The notes under the pieces are model-generated. The model had not been told where the DNA came from. It saw only the letters and a program-made list of their open reading frames with translations, and made no database searches. A program made the position numbers and the translations under genes. A stretch of 62,781 bases of DNA, filler included. It is 12 parts of 12 records of this genome, joined end to end, with 100 filler letters (N's around TTAATTAATTAA, not from the genome) between each part and the next. Parts side by side here need not be neighbours in the genome. Positions count along the whole stretch, not along the records: positions 29,106 to 39,872 come from SRR7504441_4759; positions 39,973 to 49,195 come from SRR7504441_4765; 10 more parts are not named here. The stretch is one strand, 5' to 3'. Shown in pieces: positions 33,527 through 47,695 of this stretch. Positions within the stretch are counted from its first letter, which is position 1. Each line of letters begins with the position of its first letter.

Positions 33527-33598
33527 CCGAAGACAGACCCCCGGCTACACCGCCCGCGCGGCCGCGCCCGAATATTTTATTCGACGCGATTTGCCCGC

Positions 33599-35443
33599 AT
33601 GGGGCGGCTGAAGAGCACCGCTGTCTTTGGCACGCTGCTGGCGCTGTGCGCGGGGGCAGCTGCAGCTGGTGAATCGCTGGGCCCGGGAACTGGGGCGTGG
33701 CGCTCGGCCGATCCGAGCTCTGTGGGGCTCTCCGCGGCCAAGCTGGAGCGGGCTGCGGCCCAGATCAGGGCTCGGGTGCCGGAGCGGTACTGCCTGCTGG
33801 TGGCCAAGCACGGCCGGCTGGTGCACGAGAGCTACTTTGCTAACAGCAGCCAGACTGTCTACGAGAGCGACAGCGCGGGCAAGACGTTCACGGCGGCGCT
33901 AATCGGGGTGCTGGTGCACAAGGGGCTGGTGGACATTGACAGGCCTATCCGGGAGTACGGGGTGCGCCCGCGCAGCGTGAGCTACCCGTTCAGCTCGGGG
34001 CGGCTGTGGAACAAGACTGGGGGCGATTACTTTGAGCGAGTGACGGCCCGGCACATTTTGAGCCAGAGCAGCGGGTTTGGGCTGGTGGAGCCCGGCAGCT
34101 GGTTTACGTACGACTCGAATGATTACATCCAGCACCTGTCGTACCTAATCTCGGCGGTCACCGGGCAGGATGCGGTCGGTTGGGCACAGGACAACTTTGC
34201 GACTCCGCTCGGGATTCCTAACCTTTATGATTACGACAATGACGGCATCCCAGGGTCAGGCACTGACGCGCCAAAAGGCGACATGAGCGCCGGAGGGGGG
34301 CAAATGGTCACCTGTCGCGATCTGGTCCGCCTAGGTCAGTTGCTGCTCAACCGTGGCACGTGGCTTGATGCTGACGGTGAGCCCTACAGACTGATTCCTG
34401 CCTGGTACGCTGATGCGATGATGAGGCCGTCCTTTAGTGCCACACCCACCTATGGGCTGCTGATGTGGCTCAATAATCCAGTCAATGCGAGCATGCCCAA
34501 GTGCTGTGCGCCACGATGGGGCGGCGAGAGACTGCATTGCAACAGCGACAAGACAAGCTGCACCACATGCTGCACGACCAACTGCGATATCGGACCCGGG
34601 TACCCATGTGACCTCGACATTAAAGCTATGCATGAGAAATGCTCAGCTGCACCCAACCTGACCTCCTGCCTGCGCGAGGGGGCGAATGCTCTCAACAAGC
34701 AGATTGTGGGCGACTCAGGCTTGACTGCTGGTCCCGACGATCTTGCCATTGCCATGGGCAACTTTGCCAAGTACATGCTGGTGGTCCCGTCACTCGGCAT
34801 TACAGTCTCGTCCCTCGGGCACACTTGGGGTGCCAGCCAGCTGTGTGACGACTCCTATGACGATGCCTGGACCCTGGGCTTAATATGGAACTTTCTGGCA
34901 CCAGCCGTCCATTCAGATTCCAATTCGAGCCATCCCGTAGTAACAAGCTCAGGCGCAGCTCAGCCACCACCAGTCCAACCTCAGATGTCAGCACAGACGC
35001 AGGTTACGCGCCGGCAGGTCCCCAGCGCAGAACAGAGCTCGGAGTGGGCTGGCAGCTGCTCATGCCTGTGCCCCCCGGGCCAGGGCTTTGGACGGTGCTT
35101 CAATGTCAAGCAGCGCGACTTGGCTCAGACTCCGACGAGTAATAACTGCAGCCATGTTGAAGGATGGTACACTAGTCCGAACTCGCCGCTCTTTTCTGCT
35201 GGAAACTTTTGCCCGAACCTCGGAGTGGCACAGCAGTGTGACCCCACTAATGCCACCTCGGAGCTATGCAAGTTCAGCTTTGGAGGAATGCACAACTGCA
35301 CAATGACGCAACCTTGCGAGTCTGTGCCATCAAGCACGGGGGCAGCAATCGGGTCCACCGCATGCACGTGTCAGGCTAGGGAATTTGAGCGCTGCCATTG
35401 GTCCTCCGATATGTGCGACTTTTCACCATACTTTCCTCCATAG
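33599..35443 (+). CDS. Secreted serine beta-lactamase-superfamily hydrolase with Cys-rich regions
   Basis: Signal peptide from the ATG at 33599, LLVAKHGRLVHE, SxxK (SAGK), ARHILSQSSG, FTYDSN and RDLVRLGQLLLNRG. Confidence 0.8.
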   Translation: MGRLKSTAVFGTLLALCAGAAAAGESLGPGTGAWRSADPSSVGLSAAKLERAAAQIRARVPERYCLLVAKHGRLVHESYFANSSQTVYESDSAGKTFTAALIGVLVHKGLVDIDRPIREYGVRPRSVSYPFSSGRLWNKTGGDYFERVTARHILSQSSGFGLVEPGSWFTYDSNDYIQHLSYLISAVTGQDAVGWAQDNFATPLGIPNLYDYDNDGIPGSGTDAPKGDMSAGGGQMVTCRDLVRLGQLLLNRGTWLDADGEPYRLIPAWYADAMMRPSFSATPTYGLLMWLNNPVNASMPKCCAPRWGGERLHCNSDKTSCTTCCTTNCDIGPGYPCDLDIKAMHEKCSAAPNLTSCLREGANALNKQIVGDSGLTAGPDDLAIAMGNFAKYMLVVPSLGITVSSLGHTWGASQLCDDSYDDAWTLGLIWNFLAPAVHSDSNSSHPVVTSSGAAQPPPVQPQMSAQTQVTRRQVPSAEQSSEWAGSCSCLCPPGQGFGRCFNVKQRDLAQTPTSNNCSHVEGWYTSPNSPLFSAGNFCPNLGVAQQCDPTNATSELCKFSFGGMHNCTMTQPCESVPSSTGAAIGSTACTCQAREFERCHWSSDMCDFSPYFPP

Positions 35444-35634
35444 TGAACACAGCTTCATGGCATCAGAGCTCTTCAATGGCATAATCACGTGCTTGCTACG
35501 TGCTCGCGATAGGCCACCGTAAGGCCACCGCTCCCTAACCGCTCCCCCTACGCTCCCCCACCGCCACCACCCCGTGTTGATTATTAAAGACCACGCACCT
35601 TTTACTTCAGTGTATTTGCGAGTTACTTACTTTA

Positions 35635-38600
35635 TTACCTCTCTAATGCAAGGTGGTTTTGCTTAGAATACTCCCAAATCATCAGCGCCGCCGAAACATG
35701 CACATTGAGCGAGCGCAAAACTCCTAATTGCGGGATCTCGACACACCTATCCACCAGTTTGATCAGCTCGATCGGGACTCCACGCTGTTCCTCGCCAAGA
35801 ACCATGATGCACTTGTCCGGGAAAACAAAATCTGTCATCTGAACTGAGTTGGCTGTCTGCTCTAAGGCGACTACGCTCCAGCCAAGCTCCTTCTGAGCAA
35901 TCAGCCAGGCCTCAAGGTGCTGCTCGGGCACCTCCTCGATTGGGATCCACTTCTCTGCAGTGACTGAGCACTGTTGAAACAGCTTATCTTGAGCCACCTT
36001 GCGTGAGTGCAGCACCAGCTTGGCTACATTGAAGATTTCTGACGTACGGGCTATCCCAGCAAGATTGGGAACCTTGTCAATGCACGACGCGACAACTACT
36101 AGCTGCTGCCTGGGCTTGGCTTGTAGCTGTTCCTCGCGTGTGATGAATCCATCTTCCCAAGGGGTGATCTTTGTTTGGAAATCATCTGCATCGACAGTGG
36201 GCATCACTTGAGGTATTGCAGCTTCAACCTCCGCTGCCCGCGAGCCGAGCAGTGAGCTCGCCCCCTTGAGTGCTGCTGTGACGCTCTCGAACAGAACCTT
36301 GGGAATACCCTCCCCAGCAAGCTCTCGGTTGCCTCCAGGAACCGTGTCGAACACTGCATAGAATGAGCACAGCCCTTGTGGTGAGGGTTTGGAAGGCATG
36401 TCCAAGATCTGAGGATGACCAGACAGCTGGTTGCGCAGCTTGACGCAATCCTTGTTAGTTTCAACATATGCCTGCAAGGGCGTAAGCATATGGATCTGAT
36501 TGGGTGTCAGCAGACTAAGCTCTGGCTGTTCAGTGGCACGGACCATGGCAGCGTGGAGTGTCAGTACAGCAAGAGCACGCACCGAATGATTTGCGCACGC
36601 AGTGAAGGCCAGTACCCCGCGGAGCACCGCCACAAAGTCCTCATGCTTCGCTATGTGCTCCAGAACATGCCGTGCCACCATCACCGCTGACACTGCAGTT
36701 TGATTTCTTGCATTGCAGTCGCTGAAGAGCGCCGCCACCCGTTCGACGCAGCTAGTGCTGGGTCCGTCGCCAGCTGGACCGCTCAGCACATGGCGAGCCA
36801 AGAAGGATTCAAGATAGACCCGCACAGATGGCAAGTGGTCGGCTTCGGCCGCACTCCAGGCCTTTTCGACCACACTGGCAGGCAGAGGCTCAGCTTCAGC
36901 CAACACGCAGAGTGTTTGCCAGATTCTGATCTGTCTGCGATGCTGGTCGTGCCCCAGCTTACAGCAGTTTGAGTCAGAGGATATTTCAGAATCTCTTGCT
37001 AGCAGTGCGTGTGCGAGCTTTTGGATCAGATCCCGAGATTCTGAGCATTCTTGTCCCACAGGTTGTCGTTGCAGACCGGACAGCATTCGGTTGACTGTGG
37101 CGCGACACCAAGCGTGCTCCGGCCGGAATGTCGGATTCTCTGGATTGTCATGCTCTCCGGGAGGGCCAACTTCGCACAGCGCAGCAAGTTCTTCGACATA
37201 CAGCAAAGCTGTAGTAGGGTGGCGAGAAAAGGCTGCGCAGCATTGCAGCACAACGGCACACACCAGACTGGCAAACTGATCCCGACGGCTGACCAGTTTG
37301 ATTAGCAGGTCCGCCAGCATTGGATGCAATTCAGCCCGCCGCAACCAGCTTTCACGGAACACTCCAGCGGCGATAGCATTGGCCAGCTTGGGCCCTCGCA
37401 CCTCGCGCTTGCGGCTGGAGTCACGTACGAGGTCCCACACTGCCCAGCTAAGTTGCTCTACACACCACACATCACAGCTGGACGCGCTGATGGCGGATAT
37501 TGCCTCGAAAACAGGTACTGCAACGCTGCCGTGAACCTCTGCTGCAGTTTCGATGGCATCTTTCCAGATGGTCTGATGGTAGGCCGACTGCTCGCCACGA
37601 GCAAGCAAGGCCGCGCACTCATATCTTGCTTGCAAATGCAAAGCCCTCAGTTGGGTGGCAGGCATCAGCACGCTGGCCATTTGACCCAGATTTAGCTGGC
37701 AAGACTCAGCTATTGCCTGCAGTCCAGCCACCCGGTATCGCTCCATAGACGCCTGCAGCTGGAGCTTTTCTGATCCAGTTCCAGGGGTGGCTAGCATCTC
37801 TGTGAGGCCCAGCACCGCCTGCCAAAGTACGAACAGGCCGATTGTTGGCCGCACAGGCCCATGAGAGTCATGAGCTGCCACAGCGGTACTACCGGCGGAC
37901 ACCAGCCGACCAGCAGCCTCCTGGTAGGCCCAACAGGGCGCCACAGCAGCACACTGGCGCAGTGTGTGCAGCTCTACTTTTGTTGATTCAAACAGCTCAA
38001 TCGACTCACAGCTCGCCAGCATCTGGTCGACACTTTTCTCGACCAACCCAGCCAGGTCAGCAGCAACAGACGCCATGCCGTGCACCATCTTCGGCTCCGG
38101 GTGATCTGACTGCTCAGCAAGCTCACCCAGGACTGCCACAGCCCGAGACAACTTGGCTCGGTCCGCATATGCCCGCGTGCCTGCCCCTTCCAACGCCTCA
38201 GCGGCTTGACCGACAGCCTCGGTTTCAACACCTGCCCCCGACCCATCAGGCCGCAGGGCAGCGAGCCCACACCTGCCAGCATCGCGGCACGAGCCACCAG
38301 GCGAGCAGAGCTCGCAGCTGGCGCTCCCTGAATGAAGTCCTTGACCAGTTGCTGGGCTCGTTCAGCCTCCGCCCCGTGCCACTGCGCTAGAGCGGCTTGC
38401 GCAGCTGGGGAGCGCCACACATCCAGTGGTACGAGCTCGATTAATTTTAAACCAGCCTGGAGCTGATCAGGCTGCGAGCCGAGCATGCAGAGCAGCGCTA
38501 TGTAGCAGTCAGGGCGCAGTGTCGGGGCGCTCTCGGCTATATGCACCCTGATGATCTTACTCAGCGCCTGAATCGCGGCGTCTGGCAAGTGACAGAACCC

Positions 38601-39872
38601 TGCGCCGGTGGCATCGGCCAGGGCTGATAAGTGAAACAAAAGCACATCGTGTCGAGCTGAGCTCTGGCCAATCGCCTCTATCAGCCCTGGGAACCCGGCC
38701 TGCGGTTCACGGGCAATAAACTCTCCAAAGAACTGCCGAGCCGTCTCCTACCCCCCGGTCAGCCCTGCCGCCAGCAGGGGCTTACCCGAGCCTGGTCAGC
38801 CTCTGGAGTGCTCGCCACCCTGTGTGCCAGCGGCTGGTGCAGGATATGCACGCTGTTCACCGCCTTGAAGAGCGGACCTAGCACCACTTCCAACGGCAGC
38901 CGCGGCCACAACTCCCGCTCGCTGATCAGCTGGAGGCACACGTATTTCCGCACGTGCACATTAGGGTTGGCTAGCGCGTGCCCGAGCAGCAGCGATGCCC
39001 AGCTCGGCTCGAGCTCAGCAACCAGCTGGACCACCTGCGGCCAGACCGACTTGGTCAGATGAAGCACCCCCTCGTCCAGCGTGCCCCACAGCTTGAGGAA
39101 GCTCTGCCACCTCCTGGCTTGCTCACCCGCGCACCCGGCCACGCCTCGAAGAGCAAACAGAGCGTGCTTCCGGAGCATTGGGTCCTCCCAGGCCAGCATC
39201 TGGGCCAGCATCCCGAGCAGCACTCCGGGCTCGGAGGTCGCCGGCCCGTCGAGCAGCGGCTGGAGCGCTCCGCTGAGCAGCACAGCGGCGAGCATAGCTC
39301 GACCCTCCGCCCACAGCCGCTGCACCGCTCGCCAGCACAGCCCGGCCTGCTCCGGCGCGCTGCCGAGCACCGCCGGAATCACCCACTCGAGCAGATACTC
39401 GGCCGCCGGCTCGGAGTCCACTGCCAGCCCCGCCTGGAGGATGTCCTCGAGCTGTTCCGAAGGCAAGTCGCCCGCGGCCGCACCGAGCAGCACCGCGGCC
39501 CCAGCCGGGCCCAACTCGCCCCCCGCCAGTCCGGCGAGCGCCGCCCGGCGCAGCTCAGCCCGCGGCCACTCGAACCGGCGTGCCAGCCTTGCCACCGCAC
39601 GAGCAGCGGCCCGGTGTAGCTGGTCTGCCTGCTTGGGCTCGAGCAGGGTGGCCAGGATCGGTAGACACACACTGCGGACGCACCGCTCCGCCTGGACCGG
39701 GTCGGCCACTATCGCCTCGCACCCGAGCAGCAGCACCGCCGCCTCTCGGCCGGTGCACCGCTGCTGCTCCGACCAGCACCCGCCTGGGCCGGCCAGCTCG
39801 CCCAGCAGCGCCTCGGCCACCGCCGGCTGGTCTGAGGCGGCGTCGAGCACCGCGAGGACGGCCCGGTCCCGC
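35635..39872 (-). CDS. TRM3: tRNA G18 2'-O-methyltransferase (TARBP1/Trm3); 5' truncated
   Basis: Long helical N-terminus, FQTKITPW, and a SpoU domain (IDKVPNLAGIARTSEIF; LGEEQRGVP; EIPQLGVLRSLNVHVS). Confidence 0.92.
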
Positions 39873-39972
39873 NNNNNNNNNNNNNNNNNNNNNNNNNNNN
39901 NNNNNNNNNNNNNNNNTTAATTAATTAANNNNNNNNNNNNNNNNNNNNNNNNNNNNNNNNNNNNNNNNNNNN
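39873..39972. other. Artificial contig spacer
   Basis: N44-TTAATTAATTAA-N44. Confidence 0.98.
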
Positions 39973-40128
39973 CCATCCGGCGTGGCTGTGGACGGGCAGG
40001 GCAACTTGCTGGTGACCGACAAAGACAACCACCAAGTTCAAGTGTTTCGTCTCGAGGAGGAGAGCCGCCTATGGATCCGATCCATTTGCAATGGCTCTCC
40101 GGCTCCGATTGATCTTTGCGTCTACTGA
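39973..40128 (+). CDS. NHL-repeat protein, C-terminal fragment (absent from the ORF track)
   Basis: PSGVAVDGQGNLLVTDKDNHQVQVF...PIDLCVY*. Confidence 0.8.
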   Translation, partial: PSGVAVDGQGNLLVTDKDNHQVQVFRLEEESRLWIRSICNGSPAPIDLCVY

Positions 40129-40210
40129 CTGCGTACTTACTGTAGACATACTTACTGAGTCAGTACATGTACTAATTACAGTACTGATAGCCGACAGTCT
40201 ATTGAATACA

Positions 40211-40251
40211 CTACAAATAACTTACAAATAACTATAAAATAACTATATAAT
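40211..40251. repeat. Degenerate AT-rich tandem repeat (unit about 11 nt)
   Basis: CTACAAATAA CTTACAAATAA CTATAAAATAA CTATATAAT. Confidence 0.75.
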
Positions 40252-40365
40252 GTTGGCTATGATTGTACTGGCTACGAGTACATGTATGTATGATTCATAT
40301 CAATGAGTAATCATACAACGTCGTACGTACTGTTCAGAGTAATGCTAGCTGACGCTAGCTAAGCT

Positions 40366-42319
40366 TTAAAGAACGTAGTCCTTCACTAACTCCCACCACT
40401 GCTTGCGCAATAAGCGCTCATTTGGGGGCTCCATCGCACTCCACGACGCCAGATCAACCGGCTCAAAATGAGGTGGCTTCGTCAGTTTGAGCACGCGTCT
40501 GGCCTCTCGTATACCTGATTCGTACGCCCCGTCCACATAGCCATGCCTCAGCGCGCTTGTCGCCTCTCCAGCCCATAGCAAAAGCCCACCAGCAGTCGGC
40601 TCAGCCAGCCATGAAGGGTTCAATGGGTTGGCTCCTACAGCAGGTGTGCTGTAGCTCCCTCTCGCCCATTGATCTAACCGCCACTTGGTGCGCCAAAGCT
40701 GACGGACCGGAGGGATTTTAGTGTCGGGGAAGATGCTTTGGAGCTCATCTAGCATTGTGCTGATCAATTGGCTGTCCGATTGGAGCTCCAACTCCTGCGC
40801 CCACACGCCTGCCGGGGTCGCAAGCAACACGGGCGCTGGGTGCGTCTGGTTGAGCTGAGCTAGGTTGTAAAATTCTGTGGCAGTTGACCGGTCAAATTGT
40901 TCGTCCTGCTTGACACGCCAGAAAGCGTCGTAACTCGGCCACCACACTCTCTCAAATTCTAGGTATACTTTTTCCAGGGTGCCCATCATAGTTGTGTCAA
41001 TCGCGCGTTGTTTCCAGGCCGGAAGCTGAGGAGCAAACTCGACTACACCTGGGCAACGCAATTTGCTCCCGCTTATCACTAGTTACTGATTAAAAGTTTA
41101 CCTCGTTGCAGCACAGCTGGCGGTACAGTAATGATCACCACACTGCCATTGTACAACTTCCCATCTGCAGTGGCCACTTGAATCCCCTGCCACACAACCG
41201 TCCGACACACGAGGGGCAGCACTCACGGCAGAGCTGTAGCTGATCTTGGTAACGGCCGTATTGAGCTTCACCTGTGCCCAGCTTGCTGCACGGCTGTGTC
41301 AATCGACTTACCTGGATCCCATCTGCTAGTAACTCAGCCAGCGCTCCATAGCCTGTGGGCGACGCGACCATCCACTCCTTGTCGTCCTTGTACTGCCGCC
41401 ACACGTCATCGGCCATCCCAACTGCAGATTCGTCGGCTGCCTTGTCGAGCGTGTCGTAGCACTTCTGCAGCCCCGGTCGCTGGCCGGCTGAGCGGAGGCC
41501 GCTGCCTGGAATAAGAGGAACGAATCAAGCTCAGTGCCGGTCAGGTTGCGAGTCCGAGCGAAGTCCTGAAGAAAGTAGCCTCCAGCACTCACCGTCAGCA
41601 CCGTTCAGGCAGCCGGGTCACCTGAAGGCACGTCGGGGTAGAGCCGGCTCCCGTTGGCCACACTCTCGGCCCAGTGCTTGAAGTGCTCGTGCTTCCAGAG
41701 ATACTGCCCCCACACCCACACTTAGACCTGGCTGTCGCGGAGGCACCTGGCTGTAAGCATCTCTGAGCTCCGCACCCGGCACGTAGCTCTCTGCACGCCC
41801 CTTCGGCCAGTGCCCCCGCGGTTGGTCACCGTTGCCCACCCAAGTGCGCACTTCTCCATTCCTCGCCCGCATGAGGTAGCTCTGCGGCAGCCACTGCACT
41901 CGCGTGAAACCATGCTCCTCGTTCAGTTTCCAGATCGGGTTAGCTATTACCCCCCAAGCTCCCCACTGGGCAGGCAGCCAGCGCACCGCCGGCCCCGTGA
42001 ATCCAGTTGGCCCCGTGGTTGAACGCCCATCCTCCCGGCTGCTCCTCGCTGTACACTCGCCCGCCCAGATGGGCCCGGGCCTCGAGCACTAACGGTGCGC
42101 ACCCGCCTGGCCGCACTGAGTCGCCACCGGCCGCCACAGCCGACCGTGAGAGAGCGCCCGCGCTGCAGCGAGGCCGCTGACGCCGGCCCCGATGACGATG
42201 GGTGGGAGAACATCGCTGCCGGCGCACCATGGAGCGCCAAACGCGTCGCCGCCCGCCGCCAGCACCGCGCCCAGCACCGGCATGAGCAGCGTGGAACTAA
42301 TCACTGCCATCACTGCCAT
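40366..42319 (-). CDS. Flavin-containing amine oxidase (polyamine oxidase-like) with signal peptide, multi-exon
   Basis: IVIGAGVSGLAAA, LEARAHLGGRV, GANWIHG, WARGSYS and WAGEAT..GYVDGAYESGIREA. Confidence 0.9.
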
Positions 42320-42401
42320 TCTCGAGCTTTTGCCGTTTACGTTGCTAGAGATCTAGAACGCCGTGTGCGAGAGCTTCTCTCACCCTGGCAGGCTCGTGCA
42401 A

Positions 42402-43306
42402 ATGGTAGGGCGCCTCGAGCGTGCTGCCGCCTTGAGCGTGCTGCTGCTGCTTGGATGTACCGCGCTGGTGGTCCTCTTATCCTCTGCTCGTTCGACCGTA
42501 GATGAGAGCCCCCGAGAGCAGAGGCCCCCACCATAATAGACTGAACTGCCCAGTTGGGCTGGCCAACTGCGGAGTCCAGACCGGTGCTGTTGAGAGCTAT
42601 GCAACCCTGCTCAATGCCCAGGCAACGCTCTGGCTGGCAGCCCAGGCTCAGCCGTGCTGGCTAGGTTGAGGGCTACCAAGAGGTATTGAAAGAGCTCCAT
42701 CTGGCCTGCTACGTCCATTGGCAATTCCCCCAACACACGCTGGTGAGACTTTCGCGCGAAGATCCTACAGGTAGCGGCGAGTTGCACCTCTATGACTGGG
42801 CCGATGACTCCGGCTTGCGATTATGTCGAGGGGCTTACGCTCCTTCCATAGAAGGTGACGATTTTAGAGCCGCTCTTCAGGCACAGCGGGATGCGGAGAC
42901 TGCACTTTTGGCTGCTCGAAAGACGGGCAATGCAACAGTAGTCGCAAAGGCACTCAAGGCATACGAGGTGGCGAGAGCGGCATACCAGAAGGCGATACAG
43001 CAAAATAGCGACAAATCTGAATCCAAGCAGATTGCCCTGCCGTACATGTACAGCTTTAGTGATCCTCGCGATTGGCGAGAATACTGGAGGACTGTCGCGG
43101 GAATGAAGCTTGTTTATGGACGGCAGAGGCAACTCAAGCATGGAGAATATGACATGACCAAGTGTGACATCAAGCGGGGCTGCAAGCACCCTGTCTACAC
43201 CACACCTGCCCAATACGCGCAAATGCGAGCCAGGGATTGTGGTTGTGACGCTGGCAAGTCGTGTATATTCGATTTCAGGAATGGCCAGCGTTATCGATGC
43301 AAATAG
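42402..43306 (+). CDS. Hypothetical secreted Cys-containing protein (two short introns)
   Basis: Hydrophobic MVGRLERAAALSVLLLLGCTAL joins through a 34-nt GT-AG intron and a 43-nt GC-AG intron (42622-42664) to the 42686-43306 ORF. No family recognised. Confidence 0.5.
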
Positions 43307-43654
43307 AGTGGTAATAGAGAGTGATTCCATAAGTGATCCCAGGTAATTGGCTCAATTAAATGACAAATGTTGCATATATCTGATGATTGGTCAACAAACT
43401 AGATGATTTTAACAGGATTTTAAAGAAGCTTAAATTACTAAAATAAAGTACGCGCAAAGCTAATTGAAGCCTTTGGAAGCCTACCGGTAAAGATGCACTG
43501 TCTCATAATTATCACGGCCGTAGTACCACCGTACTTGCACATAGTTCACACGTGTGACCTAGATCGTGTTCTTGATATCGTCATAGTCCGATAGCTCTGC
43601 CATAACCAACCTAAAATCTGCCTCGCTGCCTTCACTTGTGAGTGATCTGAATGA

Positions 43655-45955
<2,301 letters not shown>

Positions 45956-46163
45956 CGCTGCCAAGTCGGCACCCGCGTGCGCGGATCGGCGGCTGTGACC
46001 CGACGCGCCCTCTGTCTCTGGTGTGTCAGGGGCGGCGCCTGTTGGACCCCGAGTCTCCCCACGCCGCCGCACTATGGGCCAGCCGCTGCTCTCTCTGGCT
46101 GCGATGCCGTTGATATTCAACGGCACTGCGGTCGAGTCGACCCGGAGGAGGACACGGAACGCG

Positions 46164-47305
46164 ATGGACCAGCTAGGTGGCCAGCCGGGCGCGCCGCCTG
46201 CGCTGATCCTGGCGGGCCGCCAGAGATGTCCCTCGACGCCATCACGGATGCGAACAAGGCCCAATACCGCTCCAGCAAGGGCAAGGGCGGCAAAGGCCGC
46301 GGCCGCGGCCGAGGCAAGGGCAAGGGCGGCCGAGGCCGCGGCCGCGGCTCGTTCGGCGGCGGCGGCCCAGCCCGCCAACAGCGCGGCTACCAGGCTCGCC
46401 GGCAGGCGCCATACCAGGTGGCAGGGCACGGGGCTGCGGGGCGAGCAGTCTGCGACAGATCACACGGACAATCGTGAACGACGACTTTGAGGACGAGGAC
46501 GAGTATTACGAGGAGGAGGAAGAGGAAGAGGAGTACGAGCAGCCACGGTGCCGCCGCCCGCACTCTGGGGGAGTGCTGAGCCCGGGCAGGGGGCTGATCA
46601 GCAAGGGAGCCCGGGCGGCCTCTGGGCTGTCGACAGGTACCACAGTGCAGGTGTGCCGGGCCGGCCGGGCCTGCCGAGGCATGTCCAGGTCTCGAACCTG
46701 CACGCGGACGTGACCGAGGACGATATGAAGGAGCTCTTTAGTACCGGCATAGCCGGCGATGGTGAGGTTTCTCTCAAATCATGCTGCGTCAACTACGACA
46801 AAAAGTGACCGGCCGGCTCGCCCGGCTCAGCGCGGGCGGCAGTGGCAAGTGCAACGGGACCTGCGTGATCGTGTTCACCAGGAGGGCGGACGCGATGGCG
46901 GCCATCAAAGAATACCAGCAGGTCCCCCTGGATGGGCAGCCGATGCAGCTGTCTGTGATCGGGGGGACCGTCGCTGCTGCGCCAGCCGTCAGGAGACAGC
47001 CGAGAGTGCCCGGCTGCCGCGGCCTGGGGCCAGTGGCTGGCAGGCTGAGACTGTTATGTACGAGCCCGCTCGTGAGAGCTACTCGCGAGGCCGTGGGTAT
47101 CGAGCTGGCTGGCCTAGGGTTGACCGCTCGTGCAGACGGGGCCGCGGGAAGGGTCGCGGCAAGGGCCGCGGGCGTGGCAGCAAGGGCGGCGGTTTCAACA
47201 AAGCCGAGTCGACGCCTGTCACAGAGGACGACCTAGATGCGGTGTGCCTGCGGAGTGTTGAGCCGCTGAGTCGAGGTGCAGGGTCTGGCCGACTATTTCA
47301 ATTGA
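46164..47305 (+). CDS. ALYREF: ALY/REF mRNA export adaptor, multi-exon
   Basis: Spliced N-box MDQLEMSLDAI, RG-rich tracts, RRM VSNLHADVTEDDMKELF..YDKNGK..LDGQPM, and C-box TEDDLDAGLADYFN*. Confidence 0.88.
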
Positions 47306-47695
47306 TTCGCGAGCCCGGTCGTGCATCCCAGTGGGCAAGGGCTGGTGGTCCGTATCCTGCGTGCACACCGTTCGTGCCCGTTCTTGCTCTTTTGCAGAGC
47401 TTGAAGCGTGACGAGTGTACGAGTATGTAATCCGCTTCGATGTTATCCCGTTACTTATCCCTTTGAGACCCAAGTGCTTAATATCTGAATATTTTTATTA
47501 TTAAAACACATGTTTTACATAAATGCAATGAGTACCTTCATCATTTTGTGATACGAAAGTCATGCTCGAGCGCTGTAGAACTCTTGCCACGCGCTCTAGC
47601 TTAATTATTTGTTTCATCGTGATCCCATTGAAGAGAGTCATCGATGGGCACCAGACAGTTATGACCAGGGTACATACCACTGGCCGCGATCCAGG

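Noticed and set aside
32960-33598. N-terminal 213 aa of the 827-aa ORF
   Set aside because: It is antisense to the LRR gene; the signal peptide begins at the ATG at 33599.
33599-35443. Antibiotic-resistance beta-lactamase call
   Set aside because: The fold covers many esterases and peptidases, the class C KTG motif is not evident, and the substrate cannot be inferred.
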